From the human T2T-CHM13v2.0 reference genome, Homo sapiens: 64,000 nucleotides of DNA. The stretch lies in NCBI RefSeq assembly GCF_009914755.1, contig NC_060927.1. The stretch is one strand, 5' to 3'. Every line of letters begins with the position of its first letter. The first letter of the stretch is position 1. A program made the translations under genes and the position numbers. This document shows positions 1 through 13,430 of the stretch, one piece after another. Under the pieces are notes generated by a model that worked only from the letters and a program-made list of their open reading frames with translations, made no database searches and was not told the DNA's origin.

Positions 1-2444
1 CCATTCATGAGGAATCCACACCCCATGAACAAACCATCTCCCACCAGGCCCCACCTTTAACATTGGGGATTACATTTCTACATGAGACTTACTGGGGGAG
101 AAGCATCCAAATAAAATCATTCTGCCTCTAGCCACCCCCCACCCCCTAAAACTCATGTCATTCTCATATTGCAAAATACAATAATCTCATCTCCATTGTC
201 CCCTAAATTTTCAAATTTGTTTCAGCATCCAATTACAAATCCAAAGTCCAAAGTCTCATCTGAGACTCAAGGCCAAGTTCCTTCCACCAATGAACCTGTA
301 AAATCAAAACAAAGTAATTTACTTTAAAGATTCAATGGTGGTACAGGAATTGGGTAAACATTCTCATTCCAAAAGAGATAACCAGCCAAAGGAAATTGAT
401 AACATACCCCATGCAAGCTGGAAAACCAGTAGGGCAGACATTAAACCTTAAAGCTCCAAAATAATCTCCTTTGACTCCATGTCCCACATCCTAGGCACAC
501 TGCTGCAAGGTGCAGACTCCTAAGGCCTTGGGCAGGTCTACCCCTGTGGCTTTGCATGCTGCAGCCCTAATGGCTGTTCTCATGGGTTGGATTTGAGTGC
601 TGTGGCTTTCTCAGGTTGAGAGTACAACCTGCTGGTGGCTTTACAATTCTGGGGGCTGAGTGGTGGCAGCTGTCATCCCACAGCTTCACTAGGCAGCTCC
701 CTGAAGGGGACTCTGAGTGGCGGCTCCAACCCCACTTTTCCCCTCTTCATTGAACCTGTAGAGGTTCTCTGTGTGGGTTTCACCCCTATGACAGGCTTCT
801 GCCTGGGCACTGAGGCTTTTTCTTACTTCTGAAATCTAAAGGGCATTGTTTCATAAGGAAATTATTATGAGGCTACGGCACTAAAAAAATAGTTAAATAT
901 TATTTTCCAAAAGAATACTACTCAGTTCTAGACTAAAATATGCATGGGAAAGATGCAGGTCTATGATAAACAAACCAAAACAATAGTAAAATAAAAAACT
1001 AGGCATTGAAGTGATTTCCTGATTCAATAGTCCCCCATTACCCATGATTTTACTTTCCATGGTTTCAGTTACCTGCAGTCAGCTGTGGCCCCAAAATGTT
1101 AAGGGAAGCTGCAAAGCTTTTTTCATGCTTGAATTTTGTGCACCTGCAGACTTAACACCATGTGGAGGCCACCAAGGCTTGAGGCTTATGCCCTCTGGAG
1201 TGGCAGCCCACACTATACCTGGGACCCTTTTAGCTGTGGCTGTTTCAGGGGTAGCCTAGATTCAGGGAGCAGGTTCCTGAGGCTGAACAGAGTAATGGGG
1301 CTCCATGCTTGGCACCTGAAGCCATTATTTTCTCCTAGGCCTCTGAGACTATTGTGGGAGGAGCTGTCTAGAAGAGCTCTGAAATACCTTCAAGACCTTT
1401 TTCACACTTTTTTGGATATGAACACTTGGCTCCTTTTTATTCACACAAATCTCATTAGCAAATGTTTGCAAAACAACCCACTTGTATTTCTCACCTGAAA
1501 ATGCTTTTACTTTCTCTGCCACATGGCTAGGGTGCAAATTTCCCAAACTTTGATTCTATGCTTTCCTTTTACATATGAGTTCCAATTTTACATCATTTAT
1601 TTGCTCCCATATCTGATCTAAGGCTGTTAGAAGCAGTCAGGATACATCCTGAATGCTTTGCTGCTAGAAATTTCTTCTGCCAGGCACCATGTTATAATTC
1701 ATAGGTTCAAACTTCTTTAGATGTCTAGGACATGAACAAAGTGCAGCCAGGTTATTTGCTAGTGTAACACAGGTGACCTGTATTGTAGTTCCCAATAACA
1801 TCTTCATTTCCATCTGAAACCTCATCAGCCTGAACTTCAATGTTCATATCTCTATCAGCATTTTGGTCACAACATTTTAACTAGTCTCTAAGAAGTTCCA
1901 AATTTTTCGTCATCTTCTTATGTTTTTCTGAGCACTACAAACTATCCCAACCTCTGTCCATTACCCTATTCCAAAGCTGCTTCTACATCTTAAGGGTCTT
2001 TATGGCAACACCCCACTCTTGGTACCAGTTTTCTGTGTTAGTTCATTTTTGCATCGTTATTAATAAATATCTGAGGCTGGGTATTTTATATGTTAAAAAA
2101 AGGTTTAATTTGCAGGCTGTACAAACATGGAACCAATACCTGCTGGGCCTCTGGTGAAGGCCTCAGGAAGCTTAGAACCATAGTGAAATGGGAAGCCAGA
2201 GAAGACACATCACATGGTAAGAACAGGAGCAAAAGAGAGATGGGAGGAAGGCGCAAAACTCTTTTAAACAACCAGATCTTGTGTGAATTCAGCAAGAACT
2301 CCTCATTATCACAAGGACAGCACAAAACCATTCATTAGCAATGAATCCCCATGACTCAAACACCTCCCATTAGGCCCCACCTCCAACATTGGAGATTACA
2401 TTTTAACATGAGATTTGGAGGTAACAAATTTGCAAACTATATCA
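1..2444 (-). mobile_element. MSTB-like ERVL-MaLR provirus: partial 3' LTR (1-119), internal region (120-2033, interrupted at 839-1100), 5' LTR (2034-2444)
   Basis: Reverse-strand LTR ends tgtgttagt...ctatatca. The LTR/internal junction ccccactcttggtaccagttttc is typical of MaLR, and the internal sequence parallels the THE1 internal region at 60959-62549. Confidence 0.88.
1025..1100 (+). mobile_element. 5' terminal fragment of MER44/Tigger7 (TcMar-Tigger), inside a foreign insert
   Basis: caatagtcccccattacccatgattttactttccatggtttcagttacctgcagtcagctgtggccccaaaat matches the recalled MER44 start CAGTAGTCCCCCCTTATCCGCGGTTTC..TTTCAGTTACC with CpG decay. Confidence 0.7.
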
Positions 2445-2661
2445 CTCATCAAGATCAGGTTGAACAATTCATCTCTGCACTAAATCTTCTCTCCCTTTAC
2501 AGAGGTTTCTCATCTTTATCAGTCACTCAAAGTCACTATTAACATAGACTGTGTTTGATTTCATACATGTAAAAGTCATATCAAAATACTTTATATTTTT
2601 TATGTAACCAAATCTTTATAAAAAACATACTTGCTGGACTCTATTTTAGGGATGTACTCAG

Positions 2662-3047
2662 TGTACTAGTCCCTTCTCACACTGCTAAAAAGAACTACCT
2701 GAGACTGGGTAATTTATGCAGAAAAGAGGTTTAATTGACCCACAACCCACAGGCTTTACAGGAATCATGCCTGGGAGGCCTCAGGAAACTGACAATCATG
2801 ACAGAAGGTGAAGCGGAAGCAAGCATGTCTTACCATGGTGGAACAGGAGAGAGAGAGAGCGCAAATGGGAAAGTGCCACACACTTTTAAATAAGCATATC
2901 TCATGAGAACTCACTCAGTATAACCAGAAAAGCAAGGGGGATGTCTGCCCCCATGATTCAGTCACCTCCCACCAGGCCCCTCCTCTGATACTTGGGGATT
3001 ACAATTCGAGATGAAATTGCCTGGGCATACAGAGCTAAAACATATCA
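2662..3047 (-). mobile_element. MSTA solo LTR
   Basis: tgtactagtcccttctcacactgct...gggaggcctcaggaaact...catatca; about 385 bp. Confidence 0.85.
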
Positions 3048-3734
3048 TTTAGTTTAGCGTATAGCAACCCCAGATGCTGATTAATGTCATGGTTTAAACT
3101 AAACAGAGACAGATTACCTTTTTTGACCATATTATTGAATCTCCTGATGGATTTTCTTGTTACTGTTGGATATGACAAAGACTAACATGAAGAATATTCT
3201 GTTAGAAAGTTATTCTTCTTTCAGAGACTCTCTCACTTATAGTCTCAGCAAACATTTGCACACAACAAGTACATATTCAATTATAATGTAAATATGCACT
3301 AGGGTGCAGTAGGAATATAGATATACTGCATTTATTATAATAACTGCTCTGTGTTTAGTGCTGTGTACAATATGATCTCCAAATCTTTTACAAGAAATAG
3401 TTCTCTTCAATCTTCTCTGGTGGGAAAATTTACATAGTGATGTAAAAGTGAAATAAATAGAGGAGCAATACAAAAATAAATGGAAAATATGTTTCATATA
3501 GTTATTTCCCATTATGTAGATTAAATTAAAATAATTGGGAAAACTCTTATTTTGTATATGATACAGTAAAATTACTGTCTTTCCTTGATTTTTAAAAACC
3601 TCTTGTCTATTGTGTTTTATCTCTATACATACATGTGTAAGAATTTGCCCACTCTTCTCTCACATTATTAACAGGGCCAGCATTTATCTTTAAAATATAT
3701 ACCTACTTTCTGTCTTAAATTTTGAATTCACTCA

Positions 3735-3850
3735 ACATTCATTCAGAAAATACATAATAAATACCTACTATGTATTAAGTGCCATACTAAAGTTGGGCAC
3801 ATTAAAAAAAACAGTGTCCCTGCTCTGAAGGAGCTCACAATTTGAAGATA
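3735..3850 (-). mobile_element. L2 3' end fragment
   Basis: cattcattcag...cctactatgt...gtccctgctctgaaggagctcacaat is the characteristic L2 3' motif series. Confidence 0.6.
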
Positions 3851-4374
3851 TACATTAAGAAAACTCTATTAATTGGTGATACATGCCTTAAAAATAATAT
3901 GTGGCCATTAGAGATTGTTCAAGAGACCTTTAACAGAGGATTTGATTTTTAATTCATTCTGAAAGATGAGTGCTGTGGCAGACAGAAGACACAGAATGTG
4001 CATAAGCACTATGCTATGAAAAATATATTTTTAGAGCATGTTGCAGTTTAAGAGAGAAGCCATTGGTGAAACTGCTGTAAGTACATAAACTAAAAATTTA
4101 ACTGTTCACGTGATTGAAGTGTGATTTTTCATTTGTACATTTAAAGTTTTAGATTAATTGTAACATTAATTTTAAGAACAACATTGTTTCAAAATAAAGC
4201 ATATTTGTATGTGGTAATACAAAGTAGAGAAAAGGAGCTCAGCCAATTATTAGAAAAATCACAAGTTTCAAAGCAAACTATTAGTAACAGTCTCTTGAAA
4301 ATTGATTTTAAACTGTGATAATGCTTATAAAACCTATCTCAAAGGGGAACTGGAATCACACGGCCATTCTCTGA

Positions 4375-4910
4375 CTATTCCCTCCCCATTACCCTTCCTG
4401 GCGTCTACTAACCACTATTCTACTTTCCATTTCTATGAAATCAACTTTTTAGCTTTCACATGTGAGTGAGAAAATACAGTATTAGTCTTTCTGCACTTGG
4501 CTTATTTCAGTTAACAAAATCTCCTCCAATTTTCATCCATGTCACACAAATGAGAGGATTTTTAAAATTATTATTTTGTAGCTGAATAGTACTTCATTTT
4601 GTAGAAATACCACATTTTCTTTATCCATTCATCTATTGATGAACACTTAGGTTGATTCCATATTTTGACGGTTGTGACTTAATGATCCAATATAAGTGGG
4701 AATGCAGATCTCTCTTAGAAATGGTGATTTTCTTTCTTTTGGGCATCAGGCCCCATAGTGGGATTGCTGGATCTTATGGTAGTTCTATCTGTAGTTTCTT
4801 AAGGAACTTCCGTACTGTTTTCCATAATGGCTGTACTAATTTATATTCCCATTAACAGTGTATAACAGTTAATTTTTCTCCGCATCCTCATAAGCATTGG
4901 TTATCTTTTG
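4375..4910 (-). mobile_element. L1MA-type 3' fragment
   Basis: accactattctactttcc...taccacattttctttatccattcatct...tttccataatggctgtactaatttatattccc is the antisense L1 ORF2 end and 3'UTR. Confidence 0.85.
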
Positions 4911-7636
4911 TGGGCCATAACCTTTTGAAAATATCAGATTCTAGACTCACAAAGTTACTTTACTTGCTTGTATATTTACTTAAAAATCATACAGGAATGG
5001 TAGAATAAACAATTTGAAATGCGGAGTATCGAAAAGGAAAATTATTTTGTATATGTGTTCATCAATGTAATTTCTTCAATGTTACCTCAAATAATGTTTC
5101 ATTTGTTATGTGAGATGGCTCAGATTTAGCCACACTCACTGTACGAGAGGTAAAGAGTCACAAATGATTGAATATAACTCTAATTCTGACTCTGTATAAT
5201 TAATAGCCATTCATCACATAAATTATATTCTTTGGAAACATTCATTTACGGTATGAGAATTGGAGCTTCCCTTCTGTTCACTTAATATTTAATGTTTTTA
5301 TCCTCCCATCTCATTTTCAGTATTGACCTTCATTTGTCCATTTTATTTCAGAATAGCAAGGATGGCCCTCTTCTGTCATCTTAGCTTTTATCAGCCACTG
5401 TCATATTTTTCACTGTTAGAGATTTATGCTGCACCTTGCAGTGATTGATTATATTTAAAATGAGAACAGCTGACAACATGATAGCTGTTTACAAATTTCC
5501 TCATTTATAACAGGAAAATTTTATAAAGAGGAAAGTATCATTATATCTTTTTCATGATATTTAGTGTCCCTACCATTTGCATGACACCTTTGACTTTTAC
5601 TAAGTTTTAAGCTTTATTATAATGCATTTATCTCAGACCTAATTAGCACATACGCCTTTCCCTCTCTGAATGTCCTTGGGCCATGTCTTACAGTCATAAT
5701 TTCTATAATTAATTTAATCCGTTCATTTTTCATGTCACCAACAACATGATACTGACTATAAAAAACTTTGTTAGTCAGAAATGGCTTGGGTTCTGACCCA
5801 TGATCATGCTCAGATTTCATGGACCTTTAAAGTGAACGACTTGAAACCTACCCATGATATTTTTATCTTCGTGCAACATGTGTCACATTTGAAATAATAC
5901 TCTATAACAATGACCTCCTTGCTGATTTAAAGGACCATTAGTCTAACAGATGTAATTACTAATTTTTATAATTAAGTTAATATGTTAAAGCTGTGAATGA
6001 TGCACTGCCTTCTAAAGCTAATAAATAATAATATGATTTCTATTATGGTAATATCTCTCTAAGATGTATAAACAGGACACTGTATTTTTGGTCTATATTA
6101 GTAACCATTTATCACATTATTAGAACACAGTATTAATGTGCACACTTATTGTTTTATTTTCTCTGGACTCCTAATGAAACATGCATTTACATTACTAATA
6201 TTTTTGCTATTATTAATATTTGCCTTTTCTACATTTTATGCAAACATTCTGAATATTTTCCACCTGAAGTTAGGCAAGTGAGGTGATTTTAGGGAAACAC
6301 TGCCAAAAACTAGGATATCTCAGATTCATGGCTGCTCTGTTGCAAACATGCTTTATGGCCCTAAGCAACTTACTTCAATTCTCTGAAACCAGATAAAATT
6401 AAATGAAAAAATATATATCTTGGGAAAAGTAACCCATCAAGATATAGTAATGTACATGGAGGTTTTGGTAATTTACAAAATTTACTTTCCTTCCAAAAGG
6501 GTAAAAGGAAATACCAAGGAGTGTAAAGATGCCTGAATGTCACACTTGAGGCTAGAGAATATAGAGATTGTGATTAGCTTTAAGGGAAGGACCATTATCT
6601 TACTATGCTTACGTTTATAGTTCTTATCACAGTTTCTGCCTGCATTAGTTCCTCTTCAGGAGTTTGCTGATCACTTTGTGATTTTGCTTTGTGAGTCACA
6701 GTCGTAAATGCCAAACTCCTAGATAGCATAGAATGCAATCGTTTATAAGCTATGTATATTTCCAACTACACTTAAGAATTCCAAACTTTTTTTGCAATTT
6801 ACATTAAAAACTCATGCATAACTTCTCTGATGAAAAGTGTCAGAAAAGTCTTTCCATGTAGCAGTTCTAAAATAACAGGAATTGTAAAAGATATACAAAT
6901 GAAGATTTTTGATATTTTGAATTCATATCTTTATTGATCTTCAGAGTTAAATAGATTATTTTTTGAATAGTGTTTGACAATGTATTTTAAACAAATCTGC
7001 AAACCTATACAAAATGTTAGATTCAGGTACTAAATAAATATCATCAGAGTGGCATAAGAAAAAATAATTTGCCTTGTCATATCTGATATTAAGTGTTCTT
7101 TTCAAGAGTGATCCAATGATACTCTGATCAACACTTAATTTTTCTCTAGTATAAATTCAGTGTAAAGGTAAACTAGCCAAACTTATCTTTTTAAAATCAG
7201 AGTAATTATATCCTGAAGCCACAATAATATTTACTCAGCTCAGTAGTGTGTGCCTCTGATGTAAACAGAATATTCTTGATTTGCCAGTAATAATCTCTTG
7301 GTTATACTGAAGTAATTGTTTTTGCTTCTAAACCAAAATGACCAATTCTAGTAAATGAGATGCTGGGTGTAATGTAGTATAGGAAGTTGGTGCAGGACAT
7401 GGAAAATTTAAAAGGCCTAGTTTAGCACACCATTTAACATGTCTCAGCAGGGTAAAACCAAAATTTTGTTTCTTGCAAAGAACTGATGGATGTCAAAATG
7501 ATGTTTTCTTGAAGAGTAAACTTTGGTCCAAGGACAAAGAAAAAAGTTCCATTAATTTTTGTTCAGTAAAAATGTTTTTTCTCTCTCTCTCTAAAAGCTT
7601 TATTTTTCCGACAAAAAGAATATTACAAGAAAAGGG

Positions 7637-7683
7637 GTGTGTGTGTGTGTGTGTGCGTGCGTGTGTGTGTATATGCTGTGTGT
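7637..7683. repeat. (TG)n microsatellite, interrupted
   Basis: Direct reading. Confidence 0.9.
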
Positions 7684-9660
7684 AACGTGGACACTATCTT
7701 TCCTTTGTGAATATTTATGTTAAGTGAATAAAATACTTTGCCCAGTTAAAAAGAAAGATAAACTTTAGTATATGCTTATAAGCATACAGAAATTTAAACA
7801 TCTAATATATAAAATAGAACATGTAGTCATGTACACATTTTGTGTACCATACATAATTGAATATGTTCAGAAACAATACAATTGTATTGTTGATGCAGAA
7901 ATCACTTAAGGTCTAATATACTTCATTCAACAAAACCTTTGGCAACTCTGTGTCATGTACTACCACAGGTACTTGAGATATAGTGTGATACAACCTTCAA
8001 AGATTCCTGTTAGCAATAATGAATTTAAGTGATATAAGAGAAAGTGTTAATTTCTATAGTTACAGCAGATAGTGTAATGTTGTAGCAAAATATGTATCTT
8101 ACAGGCTTCTGACAAATATTACTAAATTACTTCAAAGAAGATATTTTCCCCCAATTTGCCAAAGTGTGCCATATGTACTAATGATATCCTTGTCTATACT
8201 GAGTTTTTCATTATGTGAATTAATGAGCCCACAGCTATGAAACTCATTATTTTATGTGTCCAGTTCTGCCTTTAGATTGCCTTGGACCATGTAAATTTTA
8301 GCATCTTATAATCTGATCGCCTTCCTTGAGATATTTGTAACTGCTTGTCTTCTGCCTGGGGCTGGCTGGGGTTCACAGTGTTATCCATGGTGGACATCCC
8401 ATCCAGACAAATATCCGGGTGGGCCCTGATACCCAGTTCTCCTCTTCAGGTAATTCTTTGACTATTTTCTCCAAATGTGGAATCAAAGAGACGTCTTGAG
8501 GAGCTCTGGATGTCACTCCTATGGATTATTCTAGACACTTGGCTGGCTCCAGTTCCAGGAAAATGGGCTGGTAAGCAGATCACTCTACTGGCTGTCATGG
8601 TACTTTTTTCACAGGATCGAAAAAGATTGAGCCACCAAGATGGTACTGTCATGCTGATTTGGGTCAACTCATTTATATAGAAAAGAGTTCAGAAAAAATT
8701 AATTTCCCAGGATCCCAGGCCTTGTATGAACTGATTAGCTTTTCATTATTTTTAAATAAGAAATATAATATTCACATTTTTTTAACTTTCTTATAAATTA
8801 GTTTAACTAATACCCCCCCTTCCATACTGTTCTTTATTTTTAACTTCTTTTGTTATAGTTTATACTGAATTCTCAGGAGGTAGAGGAAATAAATATATGT
8901 GCTCATTCTTCACCTTAAATAAGAAATTACTCCTTTATCTTACCAATAAATTTTAAAGTTTGCTCAAGTAATTTTCGAGAAAGTTTCTAGTATTTTCAAC
9001 AAGAAAAATTATTTGAGTGCACATTGTCACACCTAAAATACATAAAATTCACAACTTTACTGTGTCATTTTAGTAACCTTAGCTGTGTTCTCAGAATAGG
9101 TTATAACTCATTGGAATGAAGCACAATTTCCAGCATCTAGGTTACCATGGGAGTCAGAACCTAAAATACTTTAGGCTGTATTTAGAAAGAATGAAACTGG
9201 GATGCTGGAGAAAATATATGTGACATATAATATACTGCCTCTACTCCTTATAGAGTCAACAGCAATGAATATAAAACCATTTATGAATAATAAGCAATAA
9301 ATAATATAATAGTGAAGAATAAAAAAGAAAAAAACCAGAAAGAGACGTAATTCTTGCAGGTATGTATTTAATACATTCTAGCTAGTTGGAGGATGTAGTT
9401 GATGCTTTCTCAAAATACTTTTAGGTGATCCCTGGGCAGGGGGCAATTTAGGATGTTCAGCCTTTTAAATACCCCAAATTATTATTGTATTAATGAAAGA
9501 AATTTGTGTGTGATGTATGTGGATATTTCTGTGTGTGTGTGTGTCTGTGTAAACAGATGTTATTTAATTGCTATGGCACTTAAGTTTCCTTTAACAACTT
9601 GAAGAAGTAATGCAAACTACTAAAATTGACTCAACCTGATACTCAGTAGAGGAGGGACGG

Positions 9661-10025
9661 TGATATGGTTTGACTCTGTGTTGCTACCAAATCTCATCTC
9701 AAATTGTAATCCCCATAATTGTCATATACCAAGGGAGTGACCAGATGGGAGGTGATTAGAACATGGGGGCAGTTTCCCCCATGCTGTTCTCATGACAGTG
9801 AGTTCTCACGAGTTCTGATGGCTTTATAAGGCAGTTTCCCCTTCTCTTGCACACGCTGTCTCACCTGATGCCATGTAAAATGTGCCTCTTCTCCTTCTGC
9901 CATGATTGTAAGTTTCCTGAGGCCTCCCCAGCCATGCAGAGCTGTGAGTCAAGTAAACTTCTTTTCTTTATAAATTACCGCGTCTTGGTAGTATCTTTAT
10001 AGCAGTGTGAGAACAGACTAATACA
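9661..10025 (+). mobile_element. THE1D-like solo LTR
   Basis: tgatatggtttg...gactaataca termini, 365 bp, with the gtttcctgaggcctccccagccatg core. Confidence 0.9.
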
Positions 10026-10254
10026 GATAAGAAGTTACTGAAAACTTGGACAATGATGACCGCAACATGGTAGTATCTATTATAGTTGATGAAAAGGAAC
10101 AAAATATAGTTTAGGAAAACAAAATTAAACTGTTAAGTCAAGATAGGATTATTTCAACTGCAGGTATTTTGAAAAGAGGAATACTGAAGAGTGATAGAAG
10201 GGGACTACAAATAAAATGTGGACAATAAAAGCACAAATGGCACTGAGAGGGGTG

Positions 10255-10380
10255 ATATTTATTTCGACAACTGTCTTTAGAAGGCTTAATTGTGCCAAAT
10301 ACTGTGCTAAGACTTACAACACCACTGTCATCAAGACAGATTAGGCCCTGCCCCAAAGAAGCCCACTTTCTAATAGAATA
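10255..10380 (-). mobile_element. L2 3' fragment
   Basis: tgtgccaaatactgtgctaag...ggccctgccccaaagaagcccactttctaat. Confidence 0.5.
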
Positions 10381-10555
10381 AGTTGCTGGGACTATGTAAG
10401 CTCTCACTTGGCCAAAAATATCAGTGCTCTAGAGTTTCATATGAAAATATGCATCCTGAACTTCCATTCATCCTGTTCAGATACCTTTTTCCCAGGAACA
10501 TTACAGTATTGTTAAAATAACAATATTGTAAGAATTAAGCCCACATATTATTGAC

Positions 10556-11152
10556 CACTCAGTCTTAGTTATTTGCTGATTCCATATTTATAGAATTCAC
10601 CTACTGGCTAAAATCTACTTGTAACCCCAAAGTCAATGCTTATGACACTTCTGAGGTCATTCACAGATGTGTGCCTTTACACAACGGTGAGAAATTTGAG
10701 TCATCCCAGAACCATATTTTCAGTTTTAGCCCAACAAAGTGATGCACTACCTTCTTGCTTCAGCTATCATACTGCAAACAAGTGTTTTGTTTTGTTTTGT
10801 TTTGTTTTTCATGGTCTTGGACCAAAGCATAGTGCTGAAATGCTGCCTAGTGTTCCTAAGCACAGGAAAGCTGTTATGTTCCTTAGAGAGAAAATACAGG
10901 TGGGTTAGATAAGTTTCCTGCCAGTATGAGTTACAGTGCTGCTGGCTGTAAGTTGAGTGTTAATGAATCAACAATATGTATTAAATAAGTTATCTTTAAG
11001 CAGAAACACTCATAAAATAATATATTGGTCAGTTGATTAATTGGCAAAAATATAACCCAGTATTTTACCTAAAGGCAATGATTAGGTATTTGCTAATTAA
11101 TGCTCCCTGTAACTTTATAAAAAACAACTACAGCAAACAATGGAGGTTGACA
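10556..11152 (+). mobile_element. MER82 (TcMar-Tigger) non-autonomous DNA transposon
   Basis: gaattcacctactggctaaaat...tagtgctgaaatgctgcctagtgttcctaagcacaggaaagctg...gttaatgaatcaacaatat; collinear with the second copy at 42163-43780. Confidence 0.8.
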
Positions 11153-11940
11153 TTATATTGAGTGTCCTTATAGTTCATGCATCTATAACCAATAATACAA
11201 TAATTGTGTTTGATGTTAACTTACAAACCCTATTTTTTGAAATGCTGGTAAAATTAGTAATTATTGTTCCCATCAACAAACCCTCAGTCCCCTAGCTTAG
11301 TCAGGACTATATGATCTTGCTTGGAGTCTTATTCTTTTCGTGTGACAATTTATTAATAATTTTTATGTGCAGATTCTGTTCTATTTTCCTTATTGCCCAA
11401 ATCCCATCCCACTATGGCTGTTTCCTAATGTTGAAAGTAATTTACTTACTACAGAGATCTTTGGATTTCCTTTTCTTTAGACAGTGGCCCTTTGTTCATT
11501 TATTAAAGTAATGACTTTCTGCCTGAAGTACATAGACTTTATCAATGGTATTTCTATTACTGTCACCATTTCTCTTCTTAATTGCCCTGGCAAAGAAATC
11601 CATGCAGACAATGAACTCAGAATGAGCAGCGTACTTTATACGCAAACTCACCCAAGATGCTTTATAAAAACATCTATGAATGCCCACTATTTCTCAGATA
11701 AAATAAACTTTAAAGATCATTTTAATTTTAGGCAGAAAGAAAGATAATAAAAGATCATACAGGCTGCTATCTTGATAACCTCGTGTCATTAATATTCAAA
11801 ACCTCTTTACTTTAAAATGGTTTTTTGTCTCTTTCTATAAAATAGCCCTTGGAGATTCCATAAAACAAAGCACAGGTGTGTAAGAAAATCCGGAAAAGCC
11901 TAAAATACAGAATAAACTATGGATTGTGTAAAATATTAGG

Positions 11941-12040
11941 CAACCAATAAAGATCAGTGGATGAATGGATAAAGAAGATATGGTGTACGTATACAAACTC
12001 AAGGGAATATTATTCAGCCTTAAAAAATAAGTAGATGCTG
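11941..12040 (+). mobile_element. L1M ORF2-end fragment
   Basis: gatgaatggataaagaagatatggtg...ggaatattattcagccttaaaaaa. Confidence 0.65.
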
Positions 12041-12609
12041 CTATTCTCTTTTCCTCTTTTTTTCCATAATACTTTTAGTCATATTCCAAATAAATATATT
12101 ACTTATAAATTTGTTTAGTGTTCATTATCACCTAGCAACTGTCGACTTCATGAGTTCAGGGATAGTGTCTGTTTTTATCATAGAATGCCTGGCTCCTATT
12201 AAACTCTTAATAAACCACTTCCACCTCTCTAAGGTCAGATAAATTGCAATGTAAAACACTTTACGTATGATATGATATGTAAATTCCAGCTAGAAAAATA
12301 TTTTGTGAGGAACACCCAAGTTTGGTACATCAAATATTTTAATGGTTTTCATATTTATTGATAGAGTTGAAGACAAAGGCATTTCTTTCTTATTTGATCT
12401 TTAATATTGGTGGTAGTAGACAAATATATTTTAAGAATAGTTTTATGAATCTTTGAAGCTCATTTAAAGTGTGCTTAAAAATTGTTTTCTATATCCTTAT
12501 ATTTTGTAATTCGCTTCAGAACACACATTCTGTGATTACCACTTTAACTAAAAATCAGAATAAAACCATGATGTTTTTTCAAATAATTACTAAAATAAGA
12601 ATTATTAAC

Positions 12610-13430
12610 ATGAAAATTTTTAATGAATTACTGCACATATCTAAAAGTATATAGATTATAAATAAATGAATTTTCACAAAACAAATGCATTTATATAAGT
12701 GACGTTCAGATCAAGAAATGAACATTATCTTCACCAAAGGAGCTTCTCTTAAACCCCTTACAAGTCACTATCCCCCAAAAGTAAATTCTACATTGACTTC
12801 TAACACTAGATATATGTCTGTTATAAATTTTTCATACTTTACATAGATGATATTGTACTTTTCTGTTTCTGAATTTTTTTCCTGAACATTATCATGGTGA
12901 GATATATCCATGATTTTGCATGTGGCAACAGGAAATTGAGCATTCTTATTGTGATAGAGTATTTCATTTAATGAATACTACAAGTTATCTGTTGAACACT
13001 ACTATCTATGAATACTAAAAGTTATTTGTTGCATGATGTTTGGGTTACATCCAGTTTTTGACTAATATTATGGTGCTCCCATGTGTAGACTTGTGCATAT
13101 CTTGGGTGAGTATATGTGCACTATTCTGTTGAGTATATCAAGGAGGAATTTCTAGCTCATAAGGTACACACATAGTTAGATTTAGTAGATATTGCCAAAT
13201 TAGTTCCCAAAGTGTTTTCACCAATTTGCATTCACTAGTAGTATATAATAGTTACACTTGCCACATAATCCTTGTTTTTTAGTCTGTCTAATGAGATTAC
13301 TGTAGTATACATGGCAATTTTAATTTGTGTTCTTCTAAAGACTAATCAGCATTTTTTTATGTGCAGTTGTCATATAGGATAATTTTTATCTTCAAAACTG
13401 TCCATTTACTTTTTTTACTTATTTTCTATT
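12610..13430 (-). mobile_element. L1ME-type 3' fragment
   Basis: cagatcaagaaatgaacatt...tttagtagatattgccaaa...ccaatttgcattcactag is old antisense L1. Confidence 0.7.

Noticed and set aside
8340-8930. GC-richer island with overlapping ORFs (8446-8667 minus, 8477-8680 plus), considered as an exon or pseudogene
   Set aside because: The frames I translated gave no recognisable protein and several contain stops. The downstream gaattctcaggaggtagaggaaataaatatatgtgctca resembles the antisense 5' end of old HAL1/L1M elements. BLASTX/Dfam would settle it.
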